From contig NC_068984.1 of the NCBI RefSeq assembly GCF_001194135.2, positions 48,614,882 to 48,665,637 on the forward strand: DNA of 50,756 bases. Reading direction: 5' to 3'. The DNA comes from Octopus bimaculoides (Eukaryota). Position numbers and translations under genes: made by a program. Below are positions 38,261-50,049 of this stretch, piece after piece. The notes under the pieces were generated by a model that was not told the origin of the DNA, ran no database searches, and was given only the letters and a program-made list of their open reading frames with translations. Positions within the stretch are counted from its first letter, which is position 1. Each line of letters begins with the position of its first letter.

Positions 38261-40888
38261 TAAGACCCATTGTCTAGACTTTATCCAGAATTATGATAAT
38301 ATTGTGTAAGAATGGCAGAATAACTTTGATTTGCATACAACTCACTCTAACTATAAAAAAAGTCCACTTGTCTTGTATCTGCATATCTACAATTCCTTTT
38401 GTTTCTCTTTATCCACTTCCTCGTTAATTGACAAATATGTCTTTGTGCGTGTGCTTATGTGTGTGTGTGTGTGTGTGCGTGTTTTTGTGTTATGATATAG
38501 TGAGTATATCAGATATTTGAAATATACCTAATAAAGCATAGATTTTACAAAATGCAATTTACCATTATGATAGTCATCGACGTATCATATTTAATGCAAA
38601 TACATCATGAAAAGCTAAATTAACTGTTGTATTCACCTGGAGATAATATCTCTTTTGGATTTTGTGTATCAGCACAAATATATCTGATTTTTATATAGCT
38701 GGAGGGGTGGGTGTTAACTGCGGCACTAGTGATTTTTCAATCACTGCTTTTCGATATCAGTGTCGAGAGATTTTGTCTTAACATGCATTTGCTTGTGGAT
38801 ACTTGCTACAGACAATGTCCAAATAGGCAGAAATGCGCATCTAACCTTCCAACCACTATTTCTGTGATACGGATATGTTTGTGTTATTTAACACTGTACG
38901 TCTATAAGAGATATTATCTCTTATAGCCATTTATTTCGCTTTGCGTGATGTATTTGGATTATGTATGATACACAGGTGGCTATTTTAATTTAATACTGCT
39001 TCTGTTGCACATAGGGGATTTTTATGATTACATCGTTAAAGAATTTCCAACCCACGATCTCACATTGCATAAATGCATGTTCCAATACTAAGAAACATTA
39101 GCATCCTACGCAGTATTGTTAGAACAGATAAATTACAAGACAAATACCCATTGCGCTACATTAATTACCATACTCTTGATTTTGGTATAAATAGCTGTAC
39201 AAATCCTGAACTTCAGAAATTAACATGTCGATGGAACCGAAATATCATTGTTTGCATTGTTATTTCATTTATCGTGAAATTTCAAGGAAGCCATTCAAGT
39301 TTTCGCTAAAACTAATCATGTGTATTGATGTATCTTTATAATGCGCCATAGATTAGTCGGTGAAAGGTTGCACTCAACCCGATCAAAAAGAAACAAAATG
39401 TATTAACGTTTACTTAAACTTTGCCTTACACAAAATAGATTTTGATAATAGTAATATTGTCGAAATTAAGTCAGTACTTGAAGTATAGTTGAGTTTATGC
39501 ATGTATCTAATAAAGAAATTCACGTAACTAAAATGCCGTTTCGAGTCAACAGTAGCACATGGTACACTAGGATAATGTTTTCTGTTTGATCCATTTGATC
39601 AAAGTCGTGTGAAAGAAATTTAGTAGGTATAAAATGCGTAGAAATAAATCCGATTTTTACTTTATTAAACTTATCTTGCCTTCTGAGTGCCTCAGCGGTG
39701 ATCCCTTTATTAAAAATGTTTTGGCCAGATCTTCCTTTTTAACATTCTTGAATGTATTGAAAAGAGTCATAGTTATTATATTTTCACCTCTCACTCAGTG
39801 GGAGAAAATAAATAAATTTTGTTTACTTTATATTGCTTTCTATCAATTCTATTTCGGATTGTCTACGAATAATCAACCTCTGGAAAAATTCTATCCATTT
39901 TCTCATTGTTTCTTTTACATTGTAGCATGGCTGTGATGTTGATTACTTTCATATGATAGATAGTGAGCAAAAGCCTATTTTTGGTAACAATAAGGAAGAC
40001 TGATAGGAATGCCATACAATGAAATGCAAGTTATATCTGACGATTATTTATAATTCAAACTATAAGCTTACATAACTAGAACACTTATTCTTCAAAACCA
40101 ACATAAAATCTACCCATCCCGCATTCAAATAATCAAACGAACAAAAAGAGATATACATTATTAAATGACAGAATCTCCTAAGTAGCACAGCCTACAGGAA
40201 ATAGAAGATAAATGTCCCTCAAATTGGATCCTGCCTTTGTTAAGTAAAACACACATTATGTTATGTAATCCTATGTCTACTACTAAGACGCATGGTGGTA
40301 CTAGTAAGATGCATGATGGTATACTACTAATATGCATATATTAGATTGGCCAATTTTATATCGGAGCAAAATAATAATGTAAAGCGACAATAACAACAAA
40401 ACAAATATATATATGACACGCGTAGTTTTCAAAACATGGATTAAAGCTCTAACACATTTTCATAGACGAATTTATATCTGAACAGGAAGTGTATTAGAAT
40501 TTAGCTTGCTGGGAATTTGCACAGTCTGTCACACTATTTTAGATCAATTGCACAAACATTAACCAGTGTTATTCATAAATTGCTCATATGGTTAAGAATA
40601 TCCTAATACATATAATTTGTCAGATTGGCAAATTTCATTAGACAATTTCAGACGAGCTGTCTACATCTGCATTTGTTTCCGACAAACATACTGAACAACA
40701 TTCGGGGTAAAACGAAACTATTTCATTATGAAATTCATTAATAATATTTGGGTATTTAGTAAAATAAGCTAGCAGCTTAATGGGGTAAGATGCACATGCA
40801 CACACTTCTATTCACGCGCAAACGCATCACATGTAGGCGAGTGTGTGTGTAATTTAGAAGTGTGTGTATGTATAATTTAGATGTTTAG

Positions 40889-40950
<62 letters not shown>

Positions 40951-41262
40951 TTTATTGAAGCTAGAACTGAGTTTGCCCCCGCGACTTGAGTTTCACAACG
41001 CTGCGATGAAAACTTCACCCGTTCTTCAGAGTGCATAGGCATGAAACTTAATACGTAACACAAACTTTATATTTCGATAAAGACTATATACTCTCCACCA
41101 TATATTGGCGACTCCTTTCTCATTGGCTCGACATAAGACATACATATATATATATACACATAGTCAATCCAAACGAGAACAAGCAAGAAAAATCAACAAC
41201 GCGAGGACGTGGTACAAGTACTGTGTTATTGGACGCTCAGGAAAGGAAAGAAACGAAACGGG

Positions 41263-41297
41263 ATTTCGCGTTTCGAGCGGAGCTCTTCATCAGAAAT
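41263..41297 (-). ncRNA. Minimal hammerhead-like motif with a mutated cleavage triplet
   Basis: The minus strand reads ATTT-CTGATGA-A-GAGC-TCC-GCTC-GAAA-CGCG-AAAT. Stems I and II are perfect 4-bp helices, but the triplet is GCG instead of GUH. Confidence 0.6.
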
Positions 41298-41434
41298 ATA
41301 GAAAAATATTCAAAGAAGGGAAGACAGAGAAAGAAAATCGCTGACGATACACACGCTGTCACATATTGAAATGACCTGAAGGTAATGGGTGAAGAAGAAG
41401 TTATTTTTAAGACAGGAGAGTGCAAGAGAAGGAG

Positions 41435-42163
41435 GTATGTGTGTGTATGTGTGGGTATGTGCGTACGCGCATGCCTGCGTGTGTGCGTAATGATAGCACG
41501 TGAATGTGCGTATGTGTGTGTGTGTTTGTGGCTGTTTACGTATGTGTGTAGTCGGACTTTGCGTCGCTTAATGTCGTAGGAAGGATTTATAGTAAGAATT
41601 TTTGGTAGGAGTGGCTGTCTGTTGTGTGTCTCCCTTCATATGTTCGTAGAATGGTCAGTAGAAAGGTGTTTAACTGGTACTTTGAAGTATGTGTGTGTGC
41701 GAGTATGTATATGCTGTATATGTGTGTGCGAGTATGTATATGTTGTTCTGTGTGCGTGTTTTGTATGCAGTGTGTGTCTATGTGTAAGTATGTATCTATG
41801 TGTACGTGTGTGTATGCGTGTATGCGTAAGGTTGTTTGTAGGGTTGTGTCTGTGAGGTAAATGTACGTTACTCTGTGTGTGCGTGTGTGTGTGGATGTGT
41901 GTGTACGCGTGAGTGTGTGTATGTGCAGGTATATGTGCAGGTATATGTTCATGCGTGTGTGTATGTGTGTGTATGAGTGTGTATATGTGTGTGTGCGTGC
42001 GTGTATGTGTATATAGGTGTGTGTATAGGGGTGTGTATATAGGTGTGTGTATATATAAGTGTATGTGAATGTATGAATGCATATATGTATGTGTCTATAT
42101 ATATATTTATATGTGTGTGTATAGACCAAGTATTATCACGATGAATATACACATATATACATA
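41435..42163. repeat. Long degenerate (TG/TATG) low-complexity tract
   Basis: About 700 bp of interrupted TG repeats; this is the source of the His/Thr/Tyr-rich pseudo-ORFs. Confidence 0.95.
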
Positions 42164-42929
42164 NNNNNNNNNNNNNNNNNNNNNNNNNNNNNNNNNNNNN
42201 NNNNNNNNNNNNNNNNNNNNNNNNNNNNNNNNNNNNNNNNNNNNNNNNNNNNNNNNNNNNNNNNNNNNNNNNNNNNNNNNNNNNNNNNNNNNNNNNNNNN
42301 NNNNNNNNNNNNNNNNNNNNNNNNNNNNNNNNNNNNNNNNNNNNNNNNNNNNNNNNNNNNNNNNNNNNNNNNNNNNNNNNNNNNNNNNNNNNNNNNNNNN
42401 NNNNNNNNNNNNNNNNNNNNNNNNNNNNNNNNNNNNNNNNNNNNNNNNNNNNNNNNNNNNNNNNNNNNNNNNNNNNNNNNNNNNNNNNNNNNNNNNNNNN
42501 NTATATATATTAATATTTGAAAGAAGTAACAGTGACTGAAGGGTGGAGAGTTTCGGCCCTTGACTTACTCTGTTAAATATTAATAAAATAGGACACGCAA
42601 AAAATGTGAAGAGGTTAAATAAATATATTCAGCTGTCATTCTACCTGGATTTCAGCAACATGTATACTCTGCATTATACTGCTCTTTATTGGACTACTAC
42701 GTGTTCTGATAGCCGCGTCCGTTAGACGAGCTTTCTGCGATAGGTACACGATTCTCTGAATCTACATTTTAAATTACAAATGTATGCGTCTTTGTGTGAG
42801 TGTGCGTGTGTGTGTGAGAGAGAGTGTGTGTGTGTGTGTGCATGAATGCTCGTGCGCATGCGTGTGTATAGACTACTGCTCCCAACTATAGTCAACGCAA
42901 TGTAAGAGTAAACGATAAAACTCGAAGCA

Positions 42930-43768
42930 AGAAATTGTGTCGCAGTGTACCTATATGTTGTGATCCTGAATTGGGCAGGGGGCGTATGGCCCCTGGTCTC
43001 AGCCTTGGATGAACCTTGAAGCTAATGTTGAGGTTGTTTGGGCAATGCTGGTGGTATATTCTCCACATCGTGCAAATGATGTACCGCTCGCGGCGGCGCT
43101 GGAGAGAGTAGTTTCAAGGCTTTAAAGCGGTCCCAGTAATCGAGATCAGTTATGCCCTTAATTCGTTTAGTGAATGCCCTCTGGTGTGATTCAATTTTCG
43201 AGATGTTTTATCGTTTATGGGAGACCACAGAAGGCAGCAGTATTTGAAGTGTGGTCGTACAAAGGAGGAGAAAATTGGAATGATGACACCTTGTTCTCTG
43301 GACTGGAAGGTTCTTAAGATCCAGGAACTCATCCTACGAGCTATATCAACCTTATTGTTGATGTGGGCACTCCATCTGAGATTGTTATCAACAATTACTC
43401 GTAGGTCTCTTATATTATTAGATGCTGTGAGCGGTTCTCTTGAAGGAAGAGAATATGGCTGTTTTAATATAGTCTTTCTTCCAAAATGCATCAGCTCAAA
43501 TTTTCCCTCGTTTAGTTGCATTTTGTTCTTGTTTGCCCATTGACTCACCGCATATAGATCAGACTGGAATTGAGTTCGGTCTTCTTCATTGATGATTTGC
43601 TGGAGCTTAGTGTCATCAGCAAATATTTTCACTTCGCAGTGTTTTACGACGCTAGAAAGGTCGTTTATATAGATTATAAAGAGGGACACCACTGGAGACT
43701 TTTCCTGAGCTTCAGTGGACTCCATCGACCACAACATGTTGTGTACTATTCGCCAGGAAATACTCGAT
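42930..43768 (-). mobile_element. CR1/L2-type LINE reverse transcriptase 3' fragment (decayed)
   Basis: The minus strand gives IEYFLANSTQHVVVDGV...SSGVP, then FIIYINDL...CEVKIFADDTKL...QWANKNKMQLNEGKFELMHFG...RDLRVIVDNNLRWSAHI...VRPHFKYCCLLWSP, then SLQRRRERYIICTMWRI. The FADD catalytic motif is present, with frameshifts and stops. Confidence 0.92.
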
Positions 43769-45110
43769 TTCTTTTGTTAATAACTTTCACCCAGCCTTGG
43801 AATTCACGACATCATATCTGATACTTCTGTTTGTTTTCTTGACATCTCCGTCAAAATACACAATACCCACCTCTCCACCCCTGTCCACTATAAACTTACT
43901 GACTCACGCTCCTGCTTCCACTACTCTTCTCATCCCAAACACATTAAATCTGCTATACCTTTCTCTCAATTTCTTCGCCTTCGACTACTTTACAGCATCG
44001 ATTCAGATTTCGAATCCCACTGCAATACGATGCGACAGCTTTTCTCTAAACCGAGGGTATCCTCCATCAGTTGTCGACTCGGTACTCCACCAAGCCTAAG
44101 CCATCAACCACACTGCTTCTCTCCTACAATCTTCATGAACTTGCACCGATCCTATCCCATGCTCTCTCACTTACTACCCCTCTACTTTCCCTCTAAAGCA
44201 CAAACTCACCCATAACTTTCGCATTCTTCCTTCTAACCCAACAACCACCCATATCTTTTCCACACTACCTCTCCTGTCTTTTAAAAATGATAGGAGTCTT
44301 AGAAATCTCCTTGTTAGAAGCTTCACAGCTTCCAGCTCCGCATAACTAGGAACCTTTAAATGTTCTCGCTGACGATGTAACGCATGCCCCTACATCAACA
44401 ATATTACCACAATCACGGGGCCCAAGAAGCAATATCACATAACACACCACACCGCTTCTGTTGCACTTCGGCGAATCTCATATATTGCATTGTATGCAAA
44501 CTCTGTGGTACTCTTAACATTGGAGAAACAAGGCGACGCCTTGGGGATCGTTTTCGCGAACACATGAGAAGCATAATGGTTCGTGTGCCAGGCAAACCTG
44601 TCGCTACCCACTTCAACACAGTGAACCATTCCATAGCAGATTTGTTAGTGTGTGGTATGGTCTTGTACCACGGATCCCCTTCTTCTTTAGGAAACGGAAG
44701 GAGCAACCTCTCATATGTGATCTTGGCACTATATCCCCACCAGGTATGAATGAACGTTTTTCCTTTCATCTTTTCACCAACTCGTAATTCTTGTTTACCC
44801 TTTTTAATCCTCCTTCCACACTCTCTCTGCAACATTCCTGTATTTACTTACCTCTATTCTCTCCATTCTCCTTTCTGCGCGCCCTCTCCTATAACTCTTT
44901 TTTCACATTAGCAGCTCTTGTTATCCTGTGTCCATTATCAGTTGCAGCCTGTTTTTCAAGCTGAGAGGATGTAAATTCTGTTTGACCTTTTTCTCCTTTT
45001 CTTCTCTTTTTCTCTGCCTCCTGACGAAGGATTGAATCTGAAACGCTGGATATTCCACTCCTTACGGCATGTTTCTCTGTACCCCTTTCACCTTTTTCCA
45101 TATTTTTTTC
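43767..45110 (+). mobile_element. Penelope-like retroelement (Neptune-type), 5'-truncated: RT C-terminus, Cys linker, GIY-YIG endonuclease and 3' terminal region
   Basis: Translating across frameshifts gives ISFVNNFHPALEFT...SDTSVCFLDISVKI...YKLTDS...HPKHIKSAIPFSQFLRLR...RGYPPSVV (PLE RT thumb). It continues with SFKNDRSLRNLLVRS, then KCSR*RCNAC (Cx4Cx2C linker typical of Neptune PLEs), then NLIYCIVCKLCGTLNIGETRRRLGDRFREH...PVATHFN (GIY-YIG, with YIG mutated to NIG). The ORF ends near 44785 and is followed by a pyrimidine-rich tail containing CTGACGA...GAAAC. Confidence 0.93.
45021..45047 (+). ncRNA. Decayed hammerhead-like motif in the 3' terminal region of the Penelope-like element
   Basis: The motif is CTGACGA-A-GGAT-TGA-ATCT-GAAA-CGCT. 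Its position matches the hammerheads known in PLE terminal repeats. U16.1 is mutated. Confidence 0.6.
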
Positions 45111-45159
45111 AATTCTTGCCGACGCAGAGCTATCAGATTATTTCCAAGATTTTCGTGAC

Positions 45160-45172
45160 AGTTGTTGTTGCA

Positions 45173-45206
<34 letters not shown>

Positions 45207-45228
45207 TTGTTGTTGTCATCACTGCTGT
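45160..45228. repeat. (GTT/GCT)n trinucleotide tract
   Basis: Visible triplets; a similar tract lies at about 7175-7245. Confidence 0.95.
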
Positions 45229-45425
45229 TTATACCCAAGTTTTACGAAGCCTCATCAAGGAGATTTCTAATTGAAAACATTCAAGCCATGACAATATCTT
45301 CTTCCTTTGTCCGAAATCCAATAAATGACTGGAAGTTCTCTGTGCAGGACATTGACTTTCCTGTTACAATGTTCATCCAAATGTTATCATTGTACATACT
45401 TCTATGTTAAATGACCACTTACTAT

Positions 45426-45426
<1 letters not shown>

Positions 45427-45484
<58 letters not shown>

Positions 45485-45515
45485 GTCTATCTATCTATCT
45501 GTCTATCTATCTATT
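45427..45515. repeat. (CTAT)n microsatellite
   Basis: Visible run. Confidence 0.98.
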
Positions 45516-45634
45516 TATCCATGAATTGATCGATCGACGAATGTAACTCTATCTGTAATATATATACAAAAGAGGGGGAGAGAGAAATGTTTGTATATAT
45601 GTGTATGCGTGCAGATATTTATACATATGAAGTT

Positions 45635-45667
<33 letters not shown>

Positions 45668-48058
45668 NNNNNNNNNNNNNNNNNNNNNNNNNNNNNNNNN
45701 NNNNNNNNNNNNNNNNNNNNNNNNNNNNNNNNNNNNNNNNNNNNNNNNNNNNNNNNNNNNNNNNNNNNNNNNNNNNNNNNNNNNNNNNNNNNNNNNNNNN
45801 NNNNNNNNNNNNNNNNNNNNNNNNNNNNNNNNNNNNNNNNNNNNNNNNNNNNNNNNNNNNNNNNNNNNNNNNNNNNNNNNTATATATATATATATTATGT
45901 GTATGTATGCATGTATGTATGTATGTATGTATGCATGCATACATAGATGAATACTTACACACATATCAAACTAATCTCTAATCATGACCGGTCATTTGAT
46001 TAGATGTCCTGGACAGTTCATTAGACACACCTCACTGCAGTTGGCAGCAGCTCTGACTATTACATCATTGAAGAGATATTTTTTTTTCTTTTCTGTTCTG
46101 CAGTGATCATTTCTAATTTGAACTGTGTACAGAGCCCATTGCAGGCTATCCAGTAAGTTTGCGAATGTGCGATGTGTGAGTGTATAAAAGAGAGGGGGAG
46201 GAGGAAGTAGGCGATACAAAGTGGAAGTTAGTGATATTCTTCCAATACTTAATTTCAGGAAATGTTGCCTTTATGATTGAATGCCTTTCTATTAATATCC
46301 AAATAATACTATAAATAATTGCTGATGAGCAATTTTTTTCGTTCTCACTACATCAACATTGACCACCTATTCTTCAGTAAAGATCATAGTCTTCACGCGT
46401 GAGTGAGACAAAGCAACATGTCCAGTCTACCACACTGCATATAGGGAAGTGTGGTATTGCTTGCAGATCCGTGGTGATATGCTCTAATTAGAAAAACATA
46501 TCTATGGGTTACGCATGGGCGTTCCATGAGTGCTGGCCTGCAGCTACGCAATACCAACAACGAAAGCTGATCTGGAAAAATTCATTTCACGGTTCACTTT
46601 GGAACTTCTTAATCTTATTGAAATTAACGGAAGACCCCTCTTATCTCGGACAAAAGACTTACAGGAAGCAGGAACTCCGTAGCGCATTACCATTGTCTGA
46701 TCATTATTCATTACACATTGAAGTAGCTATTTAATGTTGAATCATTGACAATGTAGAGTTTCAATGATTACAATACGTTTCAACCACTTATAAGCTGGTA
46801 TTCCTTAAAAACTACAACGTTGATCATATACATCATACAACGAGTAAACGCAGGTACCTTGCATGGCTACTCGACCAGCCAGAAATAGAAAAACAGTTAA
46901 ATTAGTATCTTAAATATGGTATGATATATTTTAAACTGTAAGCCTAGCAAGGTACTAAAACACTCGTTGGTCTCAGGAAGAATACAGTTTAAAATAGATC
47001 TTCTTATTCAGGTTTCTAACAGTAATAACACTGGTCATAACCTTAATGTCGTTGATATTCATACTCAGACACACCTCAATACTACTGGGTTTAGATAACT
47101 CATTGACTACTCTCTCCAACATTACTTTTCTCGGTATCATCGCTACACCAGATGTGGAAAATGCAATCATGCACGTCTTCCCTATCACTATCCTAGACGT
47201 TGAAATACTACCAATTCACAATTCAAGGTCATCTCTTGAAATAGTTATAGTTGTTTGGTCCCAATTCAGGTCTGATATGCTCGAAAGTAAAGCAGCAGTA
47301 ATTTTTCAGTTATAAATTTATTAAATGTAGCCTTACTTTTAAAAAAGCATTTGGCTGCGTTTTGAGGAAAAATTCGTGGCTATTGTGAGCAGGACAAGCA
47401 TCTATCGTAGAGGGATATTTTACAGCTCGTTAAAATGTTAGTAATGATTTTTTTTTATTGCTTAGTAGTTTTGATCATGCAGAACTACGATCAAAGACGT
47501 TCCATCCCTGACCATCATGAGTTATTTTAAAATACTGAATCTATGTATGCCCATCCTTTTATAGACAAAACAGAAAGATCTGAAAGCGATTTACCTGCTG
47601 TTGCTAACAGGTGGTTTGAACATGCAGAGGTTTGTTATCTCTACATTGGATAAATGAGCCAACGTGTCTATATGTGGTCACATGCAATGCTAGAAATAGA
47701 CGCCAAATCTCCTATGCATCATACTCAGCCCTAGATCTGCATAATATATGCTTTAAAAAGAGATAGGATCGTCACAGCTGGACGTGATTTATCATAGGTC
47801 TCATCGAGAAGGTCTGACCTAACGCTACATAACACAGCTATATGTGACAATCCCAAATAAAATATTAAAGAAATTATTACCAGTTCCACTCTTTACATGT
47901 TATTATTTTGTTGATAAACACCAAACACTTCGATGAACACGTGGATATTCATACCGAATTAATACACTAAATCACTACAGCTAATACATTACTATTACAA
48001 CCGCACTCATCAATACATCTAAAACTAACTCTAGCCGTAAATAGTTCTACATAAACAC

Positions 48059-48712
48059 AGATCTTGTTCAAAACGGGGGCACCAGTTTTCATTAATGTTT
48101 TTATGTAGTGTTTTTGGTACCGAAAGACTTTCAAACTTCGTATACTTATCTATTTTGAAAAAAAATTTTTGTATTCGGATTTATTTCATGTTAAAAATTG
48201 TCTCATTTCGATAATTTCAACCAATCACTGACAAGTATTCAGCTGTTTACAGTTACTCCTAAGCGGTGTAAAGCGTATTTAATCTCCATTACTTCTGACA
48301 TTTTGTAGAGGCAACACACGTGTGTTCGTTTTCCTTAACCCTAACCCTAACCCTAACCCTAATTGACTTGCTCCTTCCCTCAAAAACCATGCCTTGTGCC
48401 TATAATAGAAAGGTTTATTAGCTACTGCCAATATGCTTCAGCCATTTTTGACAAGGAAATAATAATTTTATCACCGCCGCGAATCGTTTGTTTACGTAGT
48501 CAGCACTTAATTCTTACGGTTGAATGGACGTCAGTCATTGGTTGAAATTACAGAAATACGACAACTTTAACATGAAATAACTTGCGATGTACGTTTTTTT
48601 TGTTAAGAAGACTAAGAGAAAAAGATGTTTTATATGACACATTCTACCAGTGTCCCAAGTTTCAAAGTGTTTCGTTGAGAAAATACTGGTGCCCCCGTTT
48701 TGAACAAGATCC
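48059..48712. mobile_element. 654-bp non-autonomous DNA transposon (MITE) with long imperfect TIRs and an 8-bp TSD
   Basis: A perfect 27-bp inverted repeat, GATCTTGTTCAAAACGGGGGCACCAGT, lies at 48060-48086 and 48685-48711. A second inverted block lies at 48181-48232 versus 48530-48580. The direct repeat ATAAACAC flanks both ends (48051-48058 and 48713-48720). Confidence 0.92.
48333..48362 (-). repeat. Interstitial telomeric-type repeat: (TTAGGG)4 plus one variant unit
   Basis: The plus strand reads CCTTAA(CCCTAA)4, inside the 48059-48712 MITE. Confidence 0.95.
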
Positions 48713-49060
48713 ATAAACACTACTAGATGATAACCTGAAGACATTTGGAAATAGATATAAGGATTGTCGGATAAAAGTGACGATACATAGATAGATAATG
48801 AAAGGAAGACAAGGCGAATGTGAGAGGGAAAAAATAAAAAAAAACATACGCGATGTTCATAAATCTTCTCGCTATCTTAGCACAGATGTCAAACTGAACT
48901 TACTTCACTTCTTATATAATTGCAAGTAGACTCATCACCATATATGTTCAGATACACTCACACGAACATACATACAAATAATGCGTATTTTTGATTCTGT
49001 ATTTATGACTGTACGTAGTATATATGAATGTATTTACTTATGAATGTACGTGTATATGAA

Positions 49061-49094
<34 letters not shown>

Positions 49095-49109
49095 TGTGCG
49101 CGTGCGCGC

Positions 49110-49986
49110 GTTTCAGATAAATTTGACAGTCTGCATAAAAGGAAAAGAAAACATAATATCCCATCCACAAATAAAACTAAAACAAAAAAATTAAATATCA
49201 ACTAGATTATGGCTGGAAGATAGCAATTTACTCAAAGTAACCGCTCTCAGCTTCCACCACAGCCTCAAAACAGCTCAGAACTTGGCGCATGAGTTCTACA
49301 TTGTGTCCCAGGAAAGGTCTTCGAACATTTCTTTGATCGTGGCCACGGTCTCGTTCTTCGTGTTGCATGCTGAGCTGTTGCAGCCTTTCTCAACTGCGCC
49401 TCACACATAGTAATGCGTGAGATAACTATCGGAGGTATTAAGAGGCCAAAACTCGGTGCTAGTGAAGTCATAGAAATTCTCTGACAACCACTTCAGACTC
49501 TTTCGTAGGCATAGCAAAGAGTTAAAGCTTGCTGCCTCGCATATAGCCTCTCCTGTTGGGGATTGACCACAGTCGCCATCAGCTTCACGTAGCCGTTTGA
49601 CTTGAGTCTAATGCCATCTTCAAAGGTGAGGGTATGAATTCCGGTATGCGGACGTAGGCAGAATGTTTGCGGTGTGCTTTCTCGCTGGCTGCATCTTCAC
49701 AGTCTCCGGTGCAGCTGTCCATATAACGTCTTATAGACTTTATTCAGTCCAGAGAGCATCGAGTAGTAGTCATGGTATCGGCATCTTGAAACCCGGCGCG
49801 AATCTTCATGATACAGGTAACTCTTTTCCAATTTTCAGATGACTTCCACACTTCAACATCAACTAACGTTTTCTCAACTAAATTCTAATCTGTATGCTCT
49901 CCAATGGTGTCGTCAGTTCATGACTACATTAAACTGATCCTGGAAAAAGGATTCATGAAAAATCGGCCATTTTAACTCGAACACTG
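49110..49986 (-). mobile_element. Second internally deleted DD37D (maT)-type transposon, divergent from the one at 12.7 kb
   Basis: The minus strand gives WKSSENWKRVTCIMKIRAG...RIPEFI joined to FEDGIRLKSNGYVKLMATVVNP...LKWLSENFYDFTSTEFWPLN...YYV*GAVEK...CNTKNE...AESGYFE* (stop at 49228-49230). Ends are weakly inverted, with TA at 49987-49988. Confidence 0.82.
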
Positions 49987-49997
49987 TACATCTATCT

Positions 49998-50049
<52 letters not shown>

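Larger units (their letters stand above)
10810..45880. other. Nine assembly gaps (N-runs): 10810-11241, 14161-14224, 18108-19104, 26181-26190, 26687-26907, 30498-30816, 32804-32813, 42164-42501, 45668-45880
   Basis: Runs of n in the sequence; each abuts a microsatellite on at least one side. Confidence 0.99.

Noticed and set aside
46973-47315. ORFs on both strands; DREDVHDCIFHIWCSD and NINDI faintly recall a cadherin repeat
   Set aside because: The motifs lie in different frames among many stops, and the region looks like a decayed triplet repeat. Too weak to call a protocadherin remnant.
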